Origin: the human T2T-CHM13v2.0 reference genome, Homo sapiens
NCBI RefSeq assembly: GCF_009914755.1
Contig: NC_060947.1
Direction: 5' to 3' (one strand)
DNA: 64,000 nucleotides
The notes beneath the pieces are model-generated. The model was not told where the DNA came from. It saw only the letters and a list, made by a program, of their open reading frames with translations, and searched no databases. How positions within the stretch are numbered: the stretch's first letter is position 1; the number at the start of each line of letters is the position of its first letter. Below are positions 34,815 to 54,840 of the stretch, piece by piece. A program made the translations under genes and the position numbers.

Positions 34815-37370
34815 TGTATTAGTCTGTTTCCATGCTGCTGATAAAGACATACATGAGACTGAGCAATTTACAAAAAAAATAAAAATAAAAAGAGGTTTAA
34901 TGGACTCACAGTTCCACGTGGCTGGGAAGGCCTCACAATCATGGAAGAAGGTGAAAGGCACATCTCACATGGCAGCAGACAAGAGAAGAGAATGAGAGCC
35001 AAGTGAAAGGGGCCCTTATAAAGCCATCAGATCTCATGAGACTTACTACCATGAGAACAGTATGGGGGAAACTGTCCCCATGATTCAATTATCTCCCACT
35101 GGGTCCCTCCCACAACATGAGGGAATTATGGGTGTTACAATTCAAGATGAAATTTGGGTGGGGGCACAGCCAAACCATATCATTCTGCCCCTGGCCCCTC
35201 CCAAATCTCATGTCTTCACATTTCAAAACCAATTATGCCTTCCCAACAGTCCCTCAAAGTCTTAACTCATTTTAGCATTTACTCAAAAGTCCACAATCCA
35301 AAGTCTCATCTGAGACAATGCAAGTCCCTTCCATCTATGAACCAGTAAAATCAAAAGCAAGTTAGTTATTTCCTAGATACAATGGAGGGGTACAGACATT
35401 GGGTAAACACAGTCATTCCAAATGGGAGAAATTGGCCAAAACAAAGGGGATACAGGCCCTATGCAAGTCTGGAATCCAGCAGGGCAGTCAGATCTTAAAA
35501 CTCCAAAATGATCTCCTTAGACTTCATGTCTTGCATCTGGGTCATGCTGATGCTTGAGAGATGGGTTCCCATTGTCTTGGGTTTATAAGGTTTAGCTTAG
35601 GTGTCTTCTTGTTTATTTTGGGAATGGAAATCAACATTTATAGTGACTGTATATAGTGCCAGGTCAGGAAGCCTGGAGAAATAACCTATAGGAATCCACA
35701 AGGTGGCTTGTTTATGTATGTTTCTGAAGCCAATTTCCCCAGTGAGATCACTGAATGGATTGGCTATGCCCTGGCCACTTGGTCCATCCTGACACTTGCA
35801 TTTGCATTTTTCTCACCTTGTTTCCTTGGGCAGCTCTGCCCCTGTGGCTTTGCAGGGTACAGCCTCTCTCCTGGTTGTTTTCACAGGCTGGCATTGAGTG
35901 TCTGTGGCTTTTCCAGGCACATGGTGCAAACTGTCAGTGGATCTACCATTCTGGGGTCTGGAGGATGGTGGCCCTCTTCTCACAGCTACACTAGGCAGCA
36001 CCCCATGGGGACTCTGTGTGGGGGCTCCAACCCCACATTTCCCTTCCATACTGCCCCAGCAGAGGTTCTCCATGAGGGCCCCACCCCGAAGCAAACTCTG
36101 CCTGGACATCCAGGTATTTCCATACATTCTCTGAAATCTAGGCACAGGTTCCCAAACCTCAATTCTTGACTTCTGTGCACTGCAGGCTCAACACCACATG
36201 GAAGCTGCCAAAGCTTGGGGCTTGCATGCTCTGTAGCCACAGCCTGAGCTATACTTTGGCCGCTTCTAGTCATGCCTGGAGTGGCTGGGATGCAGGGCAC
36301 CAAGTCCCTAGACTGCAAACAGCAGAGGGACCCTGCGCCCAGCCCACAGAATCATTTTTCATTCTTAGGTCTCAGGGCCTGTGGTGGAAGGGGCTGCCAC
36401 AAAAGTCTCTGACATGCCCTGGAGACATTTTCCCCATTGTCTTGGTGATTAACATTCTGCTCCTTGTTACTTATGCAAATTTCTGTAGCTGGCTTGAATT
36501 TCTCCTCAGAAAATGGGATTTTCTTTTCTATCACACTGTCAGGCTGCAAATTTTCTGAAATTTTATGCTGTGTTTCCTTTTTAAAAGTGAATGCTTTTAA
36601 CAGTACCCAAGTCACCTCTTGAATGCTTTGCTGCTTAGAAATTTCTTCTGCCAGATACCCTAAATCATCTCTCTCAAGTTCAAACTTCCACAAATCTCTA
36701 GGGCAGGGACAAAATGCTGCCAGTCTCTTTGCTAAAACATAACAAGTGTCACCTTTGCTCCGGTTCCCAGCAAGTTCCTCATCTCCATCTGAGACCACCT
36801 CAGCCTGTATTTTATTGTCCATATCATCAGCATTTTGGTCAAAGCCATTCAACAAGTCTCTAGGAAGTTCCTAGCTTTCCCACATTTTTCTGTCTTCTTC
36901 TGAGCCCTCCCATGTGTTCCAACCTCTGCCTATTACCCAGTTCCAAAGTTGCTTCCACATTTTTGAGTATCTTTTAAGTAGCACCCTATTCTTGGTACCA
37001 ATTTACTGTATTAGTCCATTTTCATGCTGCTGATAAAGACATACCCGACACTGGGCAATTTACAAAAGAAAGAGGTTTAATGGACTCATAGTTCCTTGTG
37101 GCTGGGGAGGCCTCAAAATCATGGCAGAAGGTGAAAGGCACATCTCACATGGCAGCAGACAAGAGAAGAGAATGAGAGCCAAGGGAAAGCGGTTTCCCCT
37201 TATAAAACTATCAGATCTTGTGAGACTTATTCACTACCATGAGAACAGTATGGGGGAAACTGTGCCCATGATTCAATTATCTCCCACTGGGTCCCTCCCA
37301 CAACATGAGGGAATTATGGGAGCTACAATTCAAGATGAAATTTGGGTGGGGACACAGCCAAACCATATGA
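34815..37370 (-). mobile_element. Complete THE1 (MaLR) element: LTR 34815-35182, internal region, LTR ~37007-37370
   Basis: Two similar ~365-bp LTRs. The internal MaLR ORF remnant is ORF 36352..36855. 5-bp TSD atatt/ttatt within L1 ORF2. Confidence 0.92.
35585..35830 (+). pseudogene. Spliced cDNA fragment of steroid 5-alpha-reductase 2 (SRD5A2), about codons 144-225
   Basis: 82 codons: IRFSLGVFLFILGMEINIYSDCI*CQVRKPGEITYRNPQGGLFMYVSEANFPSEITEWIGYALATWSILTLAFAFFSPCFLG. Collinear without gaps to SRD5A2 IRFSLGVFLFILGMGINIHSDYILRQLRKPGEISYRIPQGGLFTYVSGANFLGEIIEWIGYALATWSLPALAFAFFSLCFLG (recalled sequence). Confidence 0.9.
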
Positions 37371-40300
37371 TTATTGTTGCAAAAATTGTCAATAAAATAC
37401 TAGCAAACTGAATTCAACAACATATTAAAATGATCATTCATTCTGTAGGTTGTCTGTTTACTGTGTTGATAGTTTCTTTTGCTGTGTAGGAGCTCTTAAG
37501 TTTAATTAGACCCCATTTGTCAATTTTTCCTTTTGTTGCAGTTGTTTTTGGTGTCTTCATCATGAAATCTTTGCCTGTTCCTATGTCCAGAATGGTATTG
37601 CCTAGGTTTTCTTCCAGGGTTTTTGCACTTTTGCATTTTGCATTTCAGTACTTCACCCATCTTGAGTTTATTTTTGTATATGGTGTAGGAAAGGGGTCCA
37701 TTTTAAACCTCCTGCATAGGGCTAGCCAATTATCCCAGCACCATTTATTGAATAAGGAGTCTTTTCCCCAATGCTTGTTTTTGTCAGGCTTGTCAAAGAT
37801 CAGATTGTTGTAGGTGTGTGGCCTTATTTTTGGGCTCTCTATTCTGTTCCATTGTTCTATGTGTCTGTTTCTGTGCCAGTACCATGCTGTTTTGGTAACC
37901 ATAGCTCTGTAGTATAGTTTTGAGTGAGGTAAGGTGATTCCTCCAGCTTTGTTCTTTTTGCTTAGGATTGCTTTGACTATTTGGGCTCTTTTTGTGATTC
38001 CATATGAATTTTAAAATAGTCTTTTCTGGTTCTGTGAAGAATGTCATTGGTAGTTTGATAGGAATAGCATTGAATCTATAGATTGCTTTGGGCAGTATGG
38101 CCATTTTAATGATATTTATTTTTCCTATCCATGAACATGGAATGTTTTTCCATATGCATCTGATGAAGGCCTAATATCCAGCATCTATAAGAAACTTAAA
38201 CAAATTTACAAGAAAAAGCCTATGAAAAAGTGGGCAAATAACATGAATAGACACTTTTCAAAAGAAGACATGCATGTGGCCAATGAGCGTATGAAAAAAA
38301 AGTTCAACACCCCTGATAATTAGAGAAATTCAAATCAAAACCAGAATGAGACACCATCTCACGCAGTCAGAATGGCTATGATTAAAAAGTCAAAAATAGG
38401 CTGGGCACCATGGCTCATGCCTGCAATCCTAGCACTTTGGGATGCCACGGAGGGAGGATGGATCACTTGAGCCCAGGAGTTCTAGACCAGCCCAGGATAC
38501 ATAGCAAAATGCCACCTCTCTATATAAATAAGGCAAAAAAAAAAAAAAAAAACAAAACTACTGTCAAAGTTGCAGGGAAAAAGGAACACAGACACTGTTA
38601 AGTGGGAGTCTAAATTAGTTCAACTATTGTGGAAAGCAGTGTGACATTTTCTTAAAGACCTAAAAATAGAACTACCATTTTACCCAGCAATCCTATTACT
38701 GGGTATCTACCCAAAGAGATATAAATTATTTTATCATAAAGATGCATGCACACATGCTCACTGCAGCACTATTCACAATAGCAAAAACATGGAATCAACC
38801 TAAATGCCCATCAATGGTAGACTGGATAAAGACAATGTGGTACATATACACAACTGAATATGATGCAGCCATAAAAAAGAATAAGATAATTAAGATGGCA
38901 GATAGGAGGCAGCACTAGCTTGCAGCTCCCACTTGGACAGACAGAGAGGTGTGGAGGCTCACATCATGATCTTTTGCTCCAAGAAGTACCACAGCAACAT
39001 TCCAGGGAAGCTGAGATAATCCACAGACCCTTTGAAGGAACTGGAGCACTGCTGCATGCTCCCTGAGATGCTGAAAAACTGTGAGTCTCCTTGCTTTTTA
39101 GCTGGGAGGCTGGTGGTCTGGGGCAAGTTCTCAGCCTTGATCACCAGATTCCCAGAAATAGACTCGGTGCTGTTGAGGGGGCACAGTGGGAGTAAGACTG
39201 GCCTTTAGGACTGCAGGCTGCATGGGTGCGGGATGAGCCTGTGACTGCCAGCTTTCCCCTACTTCCTTGGTGATCTGTATGACTCAGCAGAGGCAGCTAT
39301 TATCCCCGTGGGAACATAACTCCATTGGCCTGGGAACCACACCCCCATCCCCTACAGCAGCCACAGCAAGCTACACTCAAGGAGAGTCTGAGCTCAGACA
39401 TGCCTAACCCTGCCCCCACTTGGTGGTCTTTCTCTACCCACCCTGGTTGCAAGGACAAGGGACATAATCTCTTGGGAGCTCTATGGCTCTGCCCACCACC
39501 CGAGAAACCTGAATACTTAACCAGGTGACCCTAGGGAAAGTTTGCTTCCTCCCTAGACTACTACAACTGATGTGCTCTTGAAAGCACCACCTCCTGGCTG
39601 GAGGCCAACCAATACAAATCCAGCACATTAAATAAAAATACAACCAAAGACTCTCACAGAATCCACTTCACTCCCCTGCTATCTCTACCAGAGCAGGTGC
39701 TGGTATCCATGGCCAAAAGACATGAAGATGGGTCATATCACAGGACTCTTTGCAGATACTCTCCAGTACCAGCCTGAAGCCAGTAGCTCCGCTAGGTGGC
39801 TAGACCTAGAAGAGCAAAAACAATCACCGCAGTTCGGCTCTCAGGAAGCCCGAATTCTAGAGGAAGTGTGAGAACAACAATCAAGGGACCACCCCGTGGG
39901 AGAAAAGAATTTGAACAGCCCCTCCCAGATCTTCCCTCTGACATAGTCTAAGCAAGTGAGAAATAACTAGAAAATCAATTCTGGTAATACAACAAAACAA
40001 GGTAATTTAACACTCCCAAAAGATCACACCAGCTCACAAGCAATGGATCCAAACCAAGATAAAATACCTGAATTGCCAGAAAAAGAATTCAGAAGGTAGA
40101 TTATTAAGCTAATCAAGGAGACATCAGAGAAAGGTGAACTCCAACTTAAAGAAATCATAAACATGATACAGGATATGAAAGGAAAAATCTTCAATGATAT
40201 GAAAGCAAAAATCTTCAATGAAATAGATAGCATAAATAAAAAACAACCACAACTTCTGGAAATTAAGGACACACTTATAGAAATGCAAAATGCACTGGAA

Positions 40301-41950
40301 AGTCTCAGCAGTAGAATCAAACAAGCAGGAGAAAGAACTTCAGAGCTTGAAGATAAGGCTTTCAAATTAACTGAATCCCTCAAAGACAAAGAAAAAAATA
40401 ATTAAAAAACAAAAAAAGTGAACAAAGCCTCCAAAAAGCTTGGAACTATGTTAAACACCCAAACCTAAGACTAATTGATGTTCCCAAGGAAGAGGAGAAA
40501 TCTAAAAGTCTGAAAACCATATTTGAGGGAATAATCAAGGAAAACTTCTCCAGCCTTTAGATATCTAGGCATCCAAATAAAATAAGCTCAAAGAACACCT
40601 GGAAAATTTATCACAAAAAGATAATTGCCTAGGCACATAGTCATCAGGTTATCTAAAATCAAGACAAACAAAATAATCTTAAGAGCTATGAGGAAAAAGC
40701 ATCAGGTAACCTATAAAGGAAAACCTATCAGAGTAACAGCAGGTTTCTCAGCAGAAACCCTACAAGCTAAAAGGAATTGGGGTCCTATTTTTAGCCTCCT
40801 TAAACAAAACAATTATCACCCAAGAATTTTGTATCCAGTGAAACTAAGCTTCATAAATGAAGAAAAGATACAGTCTTTTACAGACAAACAAATGCTGGGA
40901 GAATTCGCCACTACCAAGCTGGCAATACAAGAACTGCTAAAAGGAGCTCTAAATTTTGAAACAAATCCTTGAAATACACCAAAATGGAACCTACTTAAAG
41001 CACAAATCTCACAGGATCTATATAACAATAACACAATGAAAAAAAAACCAAGGTATTGAGGCAACAAATAGCATGATGAATAGAATAGTACCTCACATCT
41101 CAGTACTAACATTGAATGTAAATGGCCTAAATGCCTCACTTAAAAGATATAGAATCCATTCTACAATGGATAAGAATTCACCAAACAAGTTTCTGCTGTC
41201 TTCAGGAGACTCACCTAACACATAAGGACTCAGGTAAACTTAAGGTAAAGGAAAAAGATATTCCATGCAAATGGACACCAAAAGTGAGCAGAAGTAGCTA
41301 TTCTTATATCAGACAAAACAAACTTTAAAGCAATAGCAGTTAAAAAAGACAAACAGAGACATTAAAGAATGATAAAAGGACTAGTCCAACAGGAAAATAT
41401 CACAATCCTAAATATATATGCACCTAACACCAGAGCTCCTGAATTTATAGAACAATTACTACTAGACCTAAGAAATGAGATAGATGGTAACACAATAATA
41501 GTGGGGGACTTTAAGACTCTACTGACAGCACTAGACAGGTCATCAAAAAAGAAAGTCAACAAATAAACCATCAACTTAAACTATACCCTAAAACAAATGG
41601 ACTTAACAGATATTTACAGAACATTCTTCCCAACAACTGCAGAATATACATTCTATTTATCAACACATGGAACATTCTCCAAGATAGACCACATGATAAG
41701 GCACAAAACAAGTCTCAGTAAATTTAAGAAAATCAAAATTATATCAAGTATTCTCTCAGAACACAGTGGAATAAAATTAGAAATAAACTCCATAAGGAAT
41801 CCTCAAAACCACACAAATACCTGAAAATTAAATAACCTCCTGAATGATTGTTGGGTCAAAATGAAATGAAGATGGAAATCAAAAATTGTTTGAACTGAAC
41901 GATAACAGTGACACAACTTATCAAAACCTCTGGGATACAGCAAAAGTGGC

Positions 41951-42398
41951 TGTATTTGTCAGGGTTCTCTAGAGGGACAGAACTAACAGGATATATATTA
42001 TATATATCCTATTAGTTTATTAAGTATTAACTAACATGATCACAAGGTCCCACAATAGGCTGTCTGTAAGCTGAGGAGCAAGGAGAACCAGGCCAAGTCC
42101 CAAAACTGAAGAACATGGAGTCCAATGTTTGAGGGTAGGAAGTATCCAGCACGAGAGAAAGATGTAGGCTGGGAGGCTAAGTCAGTCTCATCTTTTTATA
42201 TTTTTCTGCCTACTTTATATTCTAGCCATGCTGGCAGCTAATAAGATGCTGCCCAATCAGATTAAGGGTGGGTGTGCCTTTCCCAGCCCACTGACTCAAA
42301 TGTTAATCTCCTTTGGGAACACCCTCACAGACACACCCAGGATCAATACTTTGCATCCTTCAATCCAATCAAGTTGACACTCAGTATTAACCATCAGA
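41951..42398 (-). mobile_element. MLT2A (HERV-L) solo LTR inside the L1PB
   Basis: Minus strand begins tctgatggttaatactgagtgtcaacttgattggattgaagg. 5-bp TSD gtggc/gtggt. Confidence 0.85.
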
Positions 42399-44593
42399 GT
42401 GGTGCTAAAAGGAAAGCTCATAGTATTAAATGCCTACATCAAAAAGTCTGAAAGAGCACAAATACACAATCTGAGGTCACACCTCACAGAACTGAAGAAA
42501 CAAAAGCAATCCAAACCCAAACCCAGCAGAAGAAAAGAAATAAAGATCAGAGCAGAACTAAGTGAAATTGAAACAAACAAACAAGACACAAAAGATAAGT
42601 GAAACAAAAGCTTGTTATTGGAAAAGATAAATAAAATTGATAGACAGTTAGTGAGATTAACCAAGAAGAGAGAAGATCCAAATAAACTCAATTAGAAATG
42701 AAATGAGAGATATTACTACTGATACGACAGAAATACAAAAAAATTATTTAAGGCTTCTGTGAACATCTTTACATGCATAAACTAGAAAGCCTAGAGAAGA
42801 GGATAAATTCCTGGAAATACAAAGATCTTCTAGATTAAACCAGGAAGTTATAGTAACTCTGAACACACCAATAACAAGCAGCAAGATTAAAATGATAATT
42901 TAAAAATTGCCAACAACAACAACAAAAGTCCAGGACCAGACAGATTTACAGCTGCATTCTATCTGGCATTCAAAGAAGAATTGGTACCAATCCTATTGAC
43001 ACTATTCCATTGGATAAAAAGGAAATTATCTCTAAATCATTCCAGGAGGCCAGTATCCCCCTAATACCAAAACCAAGGAAGGACATAAAAAAAGAAAACT
43101 ACAGACCAATATTCATGATGAACATATATGCAAAAATCTTTAACAAAATGCTAGCTAATTAAATCCAACAGCATATCAAAAAGATAATCCACCATGATCA
43201 AGTGAGTTTCATACCAGGGATGCAGGGATGGTTTAACATCTGCAAGTTAACAAATGTCATACACCACATAGAAATAATTAAAAACAAAAATCACATGATC
43301 ATCTCAATAGATACATAAAAAGCATTCGACAAAATCCAGCATCTCTTTATGATTAAAACCTTCAGCAAAATTGGCAGAGAAGAAACATACCTTAAGGTAA
43401 TAAAGGCCATCTATGACGAACCCATAGCCAACGTTATACTGAACAGGGAAAAGATGAAAGCATTCCCCCTGAGAACTGGAACAAGACAATGATGCTCACT
43501 TTTACCACTTATATTCAAGATAGTACTGGAAGTCCCAGCCAGAGCAATCAGAAAAGAGAAAAAAATCAAGGGCATCCAAATTGGTAAAGAGGAAGTCAAA
43601 CTGTTCCTGTTTGCTGATGATATGTTTGTATACCTAGAAAACTCTAAAGACTCATCCAAAAAGCTCCTAGAACTGGTAAATAAATTCAGCAAAGTTTCAG
43701 GATACAAAATTAATGTACACAAAACAGTAGCTCTCCTATATACCAATAGTGACCAAGCTGAGAATAAAATAAGAACTCAATCCCTTTTACCATAGTTGCA
43801 AAAAATAAAATAAAATGAACAACTCAGGAATATACCTAACCATGGAGGTGAAAGACCTCTACAAAGAAAACTACAAAACACTGCTGAAAGAAATCATAGA
43901 TGACACAAACAAATGGAAATACATCCCATGCTCATGGATGGGTAGAATCAATATTGTGAAAATGACCATACTGCCAAAAGCAATCTACAAATTCAATGCA
44001 ATTCCCATGAAAATACCACTGTCATTCTTCACGGAACTAGAAAAACAATTCTAAAATTCATATGAAACCAAAAAAGCCCACATAGCAAAAGAAAGACTAA
44101 GCAAAAAGAACAAATCTGGAGGCATCTCATTACCCGACTTCAAACTAGACTATAAGGCTATAGTCACCAAAACAGCATGGTACTGGTATAAAAATGGACA
44201 CATAGACCAATGGAACTGAATACAGAACCCAGAAATATAGCCAAATACTTATAGCCAACTGATCTTCAACAAAGCAAACAAAAACATAAAGTGGGGAAAG
44301 GACACCCTATTCAACAAATAATGTCGGGATAATTGGCAAGCCACATGTAGAAGAATGAAACTGGATCCTCATCTCTCACCTTATACAGAAATAATTCAAG
44401 ATGAATCAAAGACTTAAATCTAAGACCTGAAACCATAAAAATTCTAGAAGAAAACATTGGAAAATCTCTTCTAGACATTGGTTTAGGCAAAGACTTCATG
44501 ACCAAGAACCCAAAAGCAAATGCAATACAAACAAAGCTAAATAGATGGGAATTAATTAAATGAAAAAGCTTCTGTATAGCAAAAGAAATAACT

Positions 44594-51092
<6,499 letters not shown>

Positions 51093-51099
51093 AGAAAAT

Positions 51100-51102
<3 letters not shown>

Positions 51103-51146
<44 letters not shown>
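51103..51146. repeat. (AT)22 microsatellite
   Basis: Perfect dinucleotide run. Confidence 0.95.
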
Positions 51147-51153
<7 letters not shown>

Positions 51154-54100
51154 TACACACACCATGGAATACTACTCAGCCATAAAAAGGCACTAAATAA
51201 TGGCATTTGCAGCAACCTGGAAGGAATTGGAGACTATTATTCTAAGTGAAGTAACTCAGGAATGGAAAGCCAAACATGGTATGTTCTCACTTATAATTGG
51301 GAGCTAAGCTATGAGGACGCAAAGGCATAAGAATGATACAATGGACTTTGAAGACTCAGAGAAAGGGGTGGGGGAGTGAAGATAAAAGACTACACATTGG
51401 GTACAGTGTACACTGCTTGGGTGACGGATGCACCAATATCTCTGAAATCACTACTATATATCTTATTCATGTAACCAAACTTCACCTGTTCCCCAAAAAC
51501 CCATTGAAAAATAAATAATTCTTTTTAAAAAGAAACAAAATCATTGTGTTGTATACATTGAATATATACAATCTTTATTTGCCAACTAAATACTCTAAAA
51601 TAAAAAAGGAAAAAAGAAAATTAGCAAAGGACATGGACAGACATTGCACTGAAGAGGACATGCAGATGACAAATAAGCAGACAAAATGTTCAATTTTATT
51701 AGCCTTTTGGGAAATGCAAATTTAAACAATAAAATGTCACTACACAGCTTTCAAAATAGTTAAGATAATAATAGTGACAACACAAAATGCTGGTAAGAAT
51801 GCACAGAAATATTGCTGGTTTTAATGTAAAATAGTATGACCACACTGGAAAGCACTTTGGCAATTTCTTCCAAATCTAAACATGCAGCTGCTACGCGACC
51901 AAACAACTAGACCCTTTGGCATTTATCTCAGAGAAATGAAAACTTATGTCCATAAAGAAACCTGTAAAAGAGGATTTATACAGCCTTGTTTGTAATAACC
52001 CAAAACTAGTGACAACCAAAATGTCCTTCAACAGCTGAATAATTAAACAAACTGTGGCATATCAGTATCATGGAGTAGTACTCAGCAATAAAAAGGATCA
52101 AACTGTTGATACACACAACAACTTGGATGAAGTTCCAGGGAATTGTGCTGAGTGGGGAAAAAAAAGACAATCCCAAAAGGTGATATACTGTTTTATTCCA
52201 TTTACGTAACATTCTTGACATGATAAAATTATCAAAGCAGAAAAGAGATTAATGGTTGAGGGACTGGATGAGACACAAGTGGATGTGGCTTTAAAAGGGC
52301 AACACGGATCTGTGTAGTGATGAAAATCTTCTGTATCTGACTGCATCAATGTCAATAATGTCCTGGTTTTCTTATCATACTATAGTTTTACAAGATGTTA
52401 TCATTAAGGGAAACTTGGTAAAGGGCACACAGCATCTCTCTGTATTATTTCTTAAAACTGCATGTGAATCTTCAACTATCTCAACATAACAACGCCTTAA
52501 TTTTAAAAAATTTTAGTCATAAGAAACCAAGACACACATACATACAGATAATATATTTAATGTTATAGAAATAAATTCATAATATATTGTGAAATAAAAA
52601 TAGTTTGCAAAACAATGTATTAAAAGTAATGGCAAAAAGCGCAATTAATTTTGTACCAACTTAATATATGAAATAACCTCTTTTTGATGAATGTATTTAT
52701 CTATATATGTGAGGAAATAAAGCATAAGAGGCTATACACATAAATGTTAAAGTGGGTGGTATCATGGATGATTTTTATTGATTTTATTTTCACTTAGTGA
52801 TATTTTGTAATTTATGTAACTAAAATAAAATAAAGTCACTTTTTTAAAAAAGAATGAGATCATGTCCTTTATAGGAACATGAACAGAGCTAGAAGCCATT
52901 ATCCCTAGCAAATTAATGCAGCAACAGAAAACCAAATACCACACATTCTCACTTACAAGTGGCAGCTAAAAGATGAGAATACATGGACTCAGAAAAAAAA
53001 ATAGCTAATGGGTACTAGGCTTAATACCTGGGTGATGAAATAATTTGTACAACAAACACCCATGACACAAGTTTACCTATATAACAAATCTGCACATGTA
53101 CCCCTGTACTTAAAAGTGAAAACAAAAACAAAACAAAAGATCATTTATCATGACCAAGTGCAATTTATTCCAGTGATGCAAGAATGATTCAACATACACA
53201 CATCAATTAATGAGATACATCATATCAACAGAATGAAGAACAAAAACCTCATGATCATTTTAATTGTTGCTGAAAAAGCATTTGATAATATTAAACATCC
53301 CTTTATGACAAAAAACCCTCAAAAACATGGGTATAGAGGGAACATACCTCAACAGAATAAAAGCCATATATGACAAACCCATAGCTAGTATTATACTGAA
53401 TGGACAAAAACTGAAATCCTGTCCTCTAAGATTGGGAACATAACAAGGATGCCCACTTTCACCACAGTTATTCAACATAGTACTGGAAGTCCTAGCCAGA
53501 GCAATCAGACAAGATAAAGAAATAAAAAGGCTTCCAAATTGGAAAGGAGGAAGTCAAATTACCTTGTTTGCAGATGATATGATCTTATATTTGGAAAAAC
53601 CTAAACACTCCAATGAAAACTCTTAAAGTTGATAAATTCAGTAAAGTTGCAGGTTACAAAATCAACGTACAAAAATCAGTGACATTTCTATATGCCAACA
53701 GTGAACAATGTGAAAAAAAATCAAGAAAGTAATTCCATTTGCAATAGCTACAAATGAAATAAAGTACATAGTAATTAACAAAAATACTAAAAGATTTCTA
53801 CCTGAAAACTATAAAACATTGATACAAGAAATTGAAAAAGACATACAAAAATGGAAAGATATTCTATATTTATGAATTGGAAGAATAAATATAGTTAAAA
53901 TGTCCATAGTACCCAAAGCAATCTATAGATTTAATGCAATCCCTATCAAAATGACAAAGACATATATTCACAGAAATTTTTAAAAATCCTAATATTTATA
54001 TGGAACCAGGAAAGACCCAGAATAGCCAAAGCTATCTCCTAAGCAATACCTGACTTCAAATTATACTACAGAGCTATAGTAACCAAAATGGCATGGTCCT

Positions 54101-54761
54101 GGCATAAAAAAAGACACATAGATCAGTGGAAAAGAATAGAGAACCTGGAGATAAGTCTATACATTTACAATGAACTCATTTTCAGGAAAGGTGCCAAGAT
54201 CATACACTGGGGAAAGGTGCTGGGAAAACTGGATATCCATATGCAAAAGAATGAAACTAGACCCCTATCTCTCACCATATACAAAAAATCAAATACAAAT
54301 GGATTAAAGGCTTAAATCTAAGACCTGAAACTATGAAACTACTAAAAGAAAACATTAGGGAAACTCTCCAAGACATTGGAGTGGGCAGAGATTTCTTGAA
54401 TAATATGCCATAAATACAGGCAAGCAAAGCAAAAATGGACGAATGGGATCACATCAAGTTAACAAGCTTCTGCACAGCAAAGGAATCAACAATGTGCAAA
54501 GACGACCCACAGAATGGGAGAAAGTATTTGCAAACCACCTATCTGACAAGGGATTAATAACCAGAATATATAAGGAGCTCAAATAACTCTATAGGAAAAA
54601 ATCTAATACTGTGTTTGACAAATGGGCAAAAGATGTGAATAGACATTCCTCAAAAGAAGATATACAAATGGTGAAGAGCCATATGAAAAGGTGCTCAATG
54701 TCATTGATCATCAGAGAAATTCAAATCAAAACTACAATGAGATATCATCTCAGCTCAGTTA

Positions 54762-54840
54762 TTAGGTTGGTGCAAAAGTAAATGCGGTTTTGCCATTACT
54801 TTCAATTGCAAAAACCGCAATTACTTTTGCACCAACCTAA
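54762..54840. mobile_element. MADE1 (Hsmar1-derived MITE)
   Basis: 79-bp near-palindrome ttaggttggtgcaaaagta...tacttttgcaccaacctaa flanked by a TA duplication. Confidence 0.93.

Noticed and set aside
35708-36169. 153-aa ORF as a functional reductase
   Set aside because: Only the first ~41 codons are SRD5A2-derived, there is an in-frame stop upstream, and the rest is antisense THE1 internal sequence.
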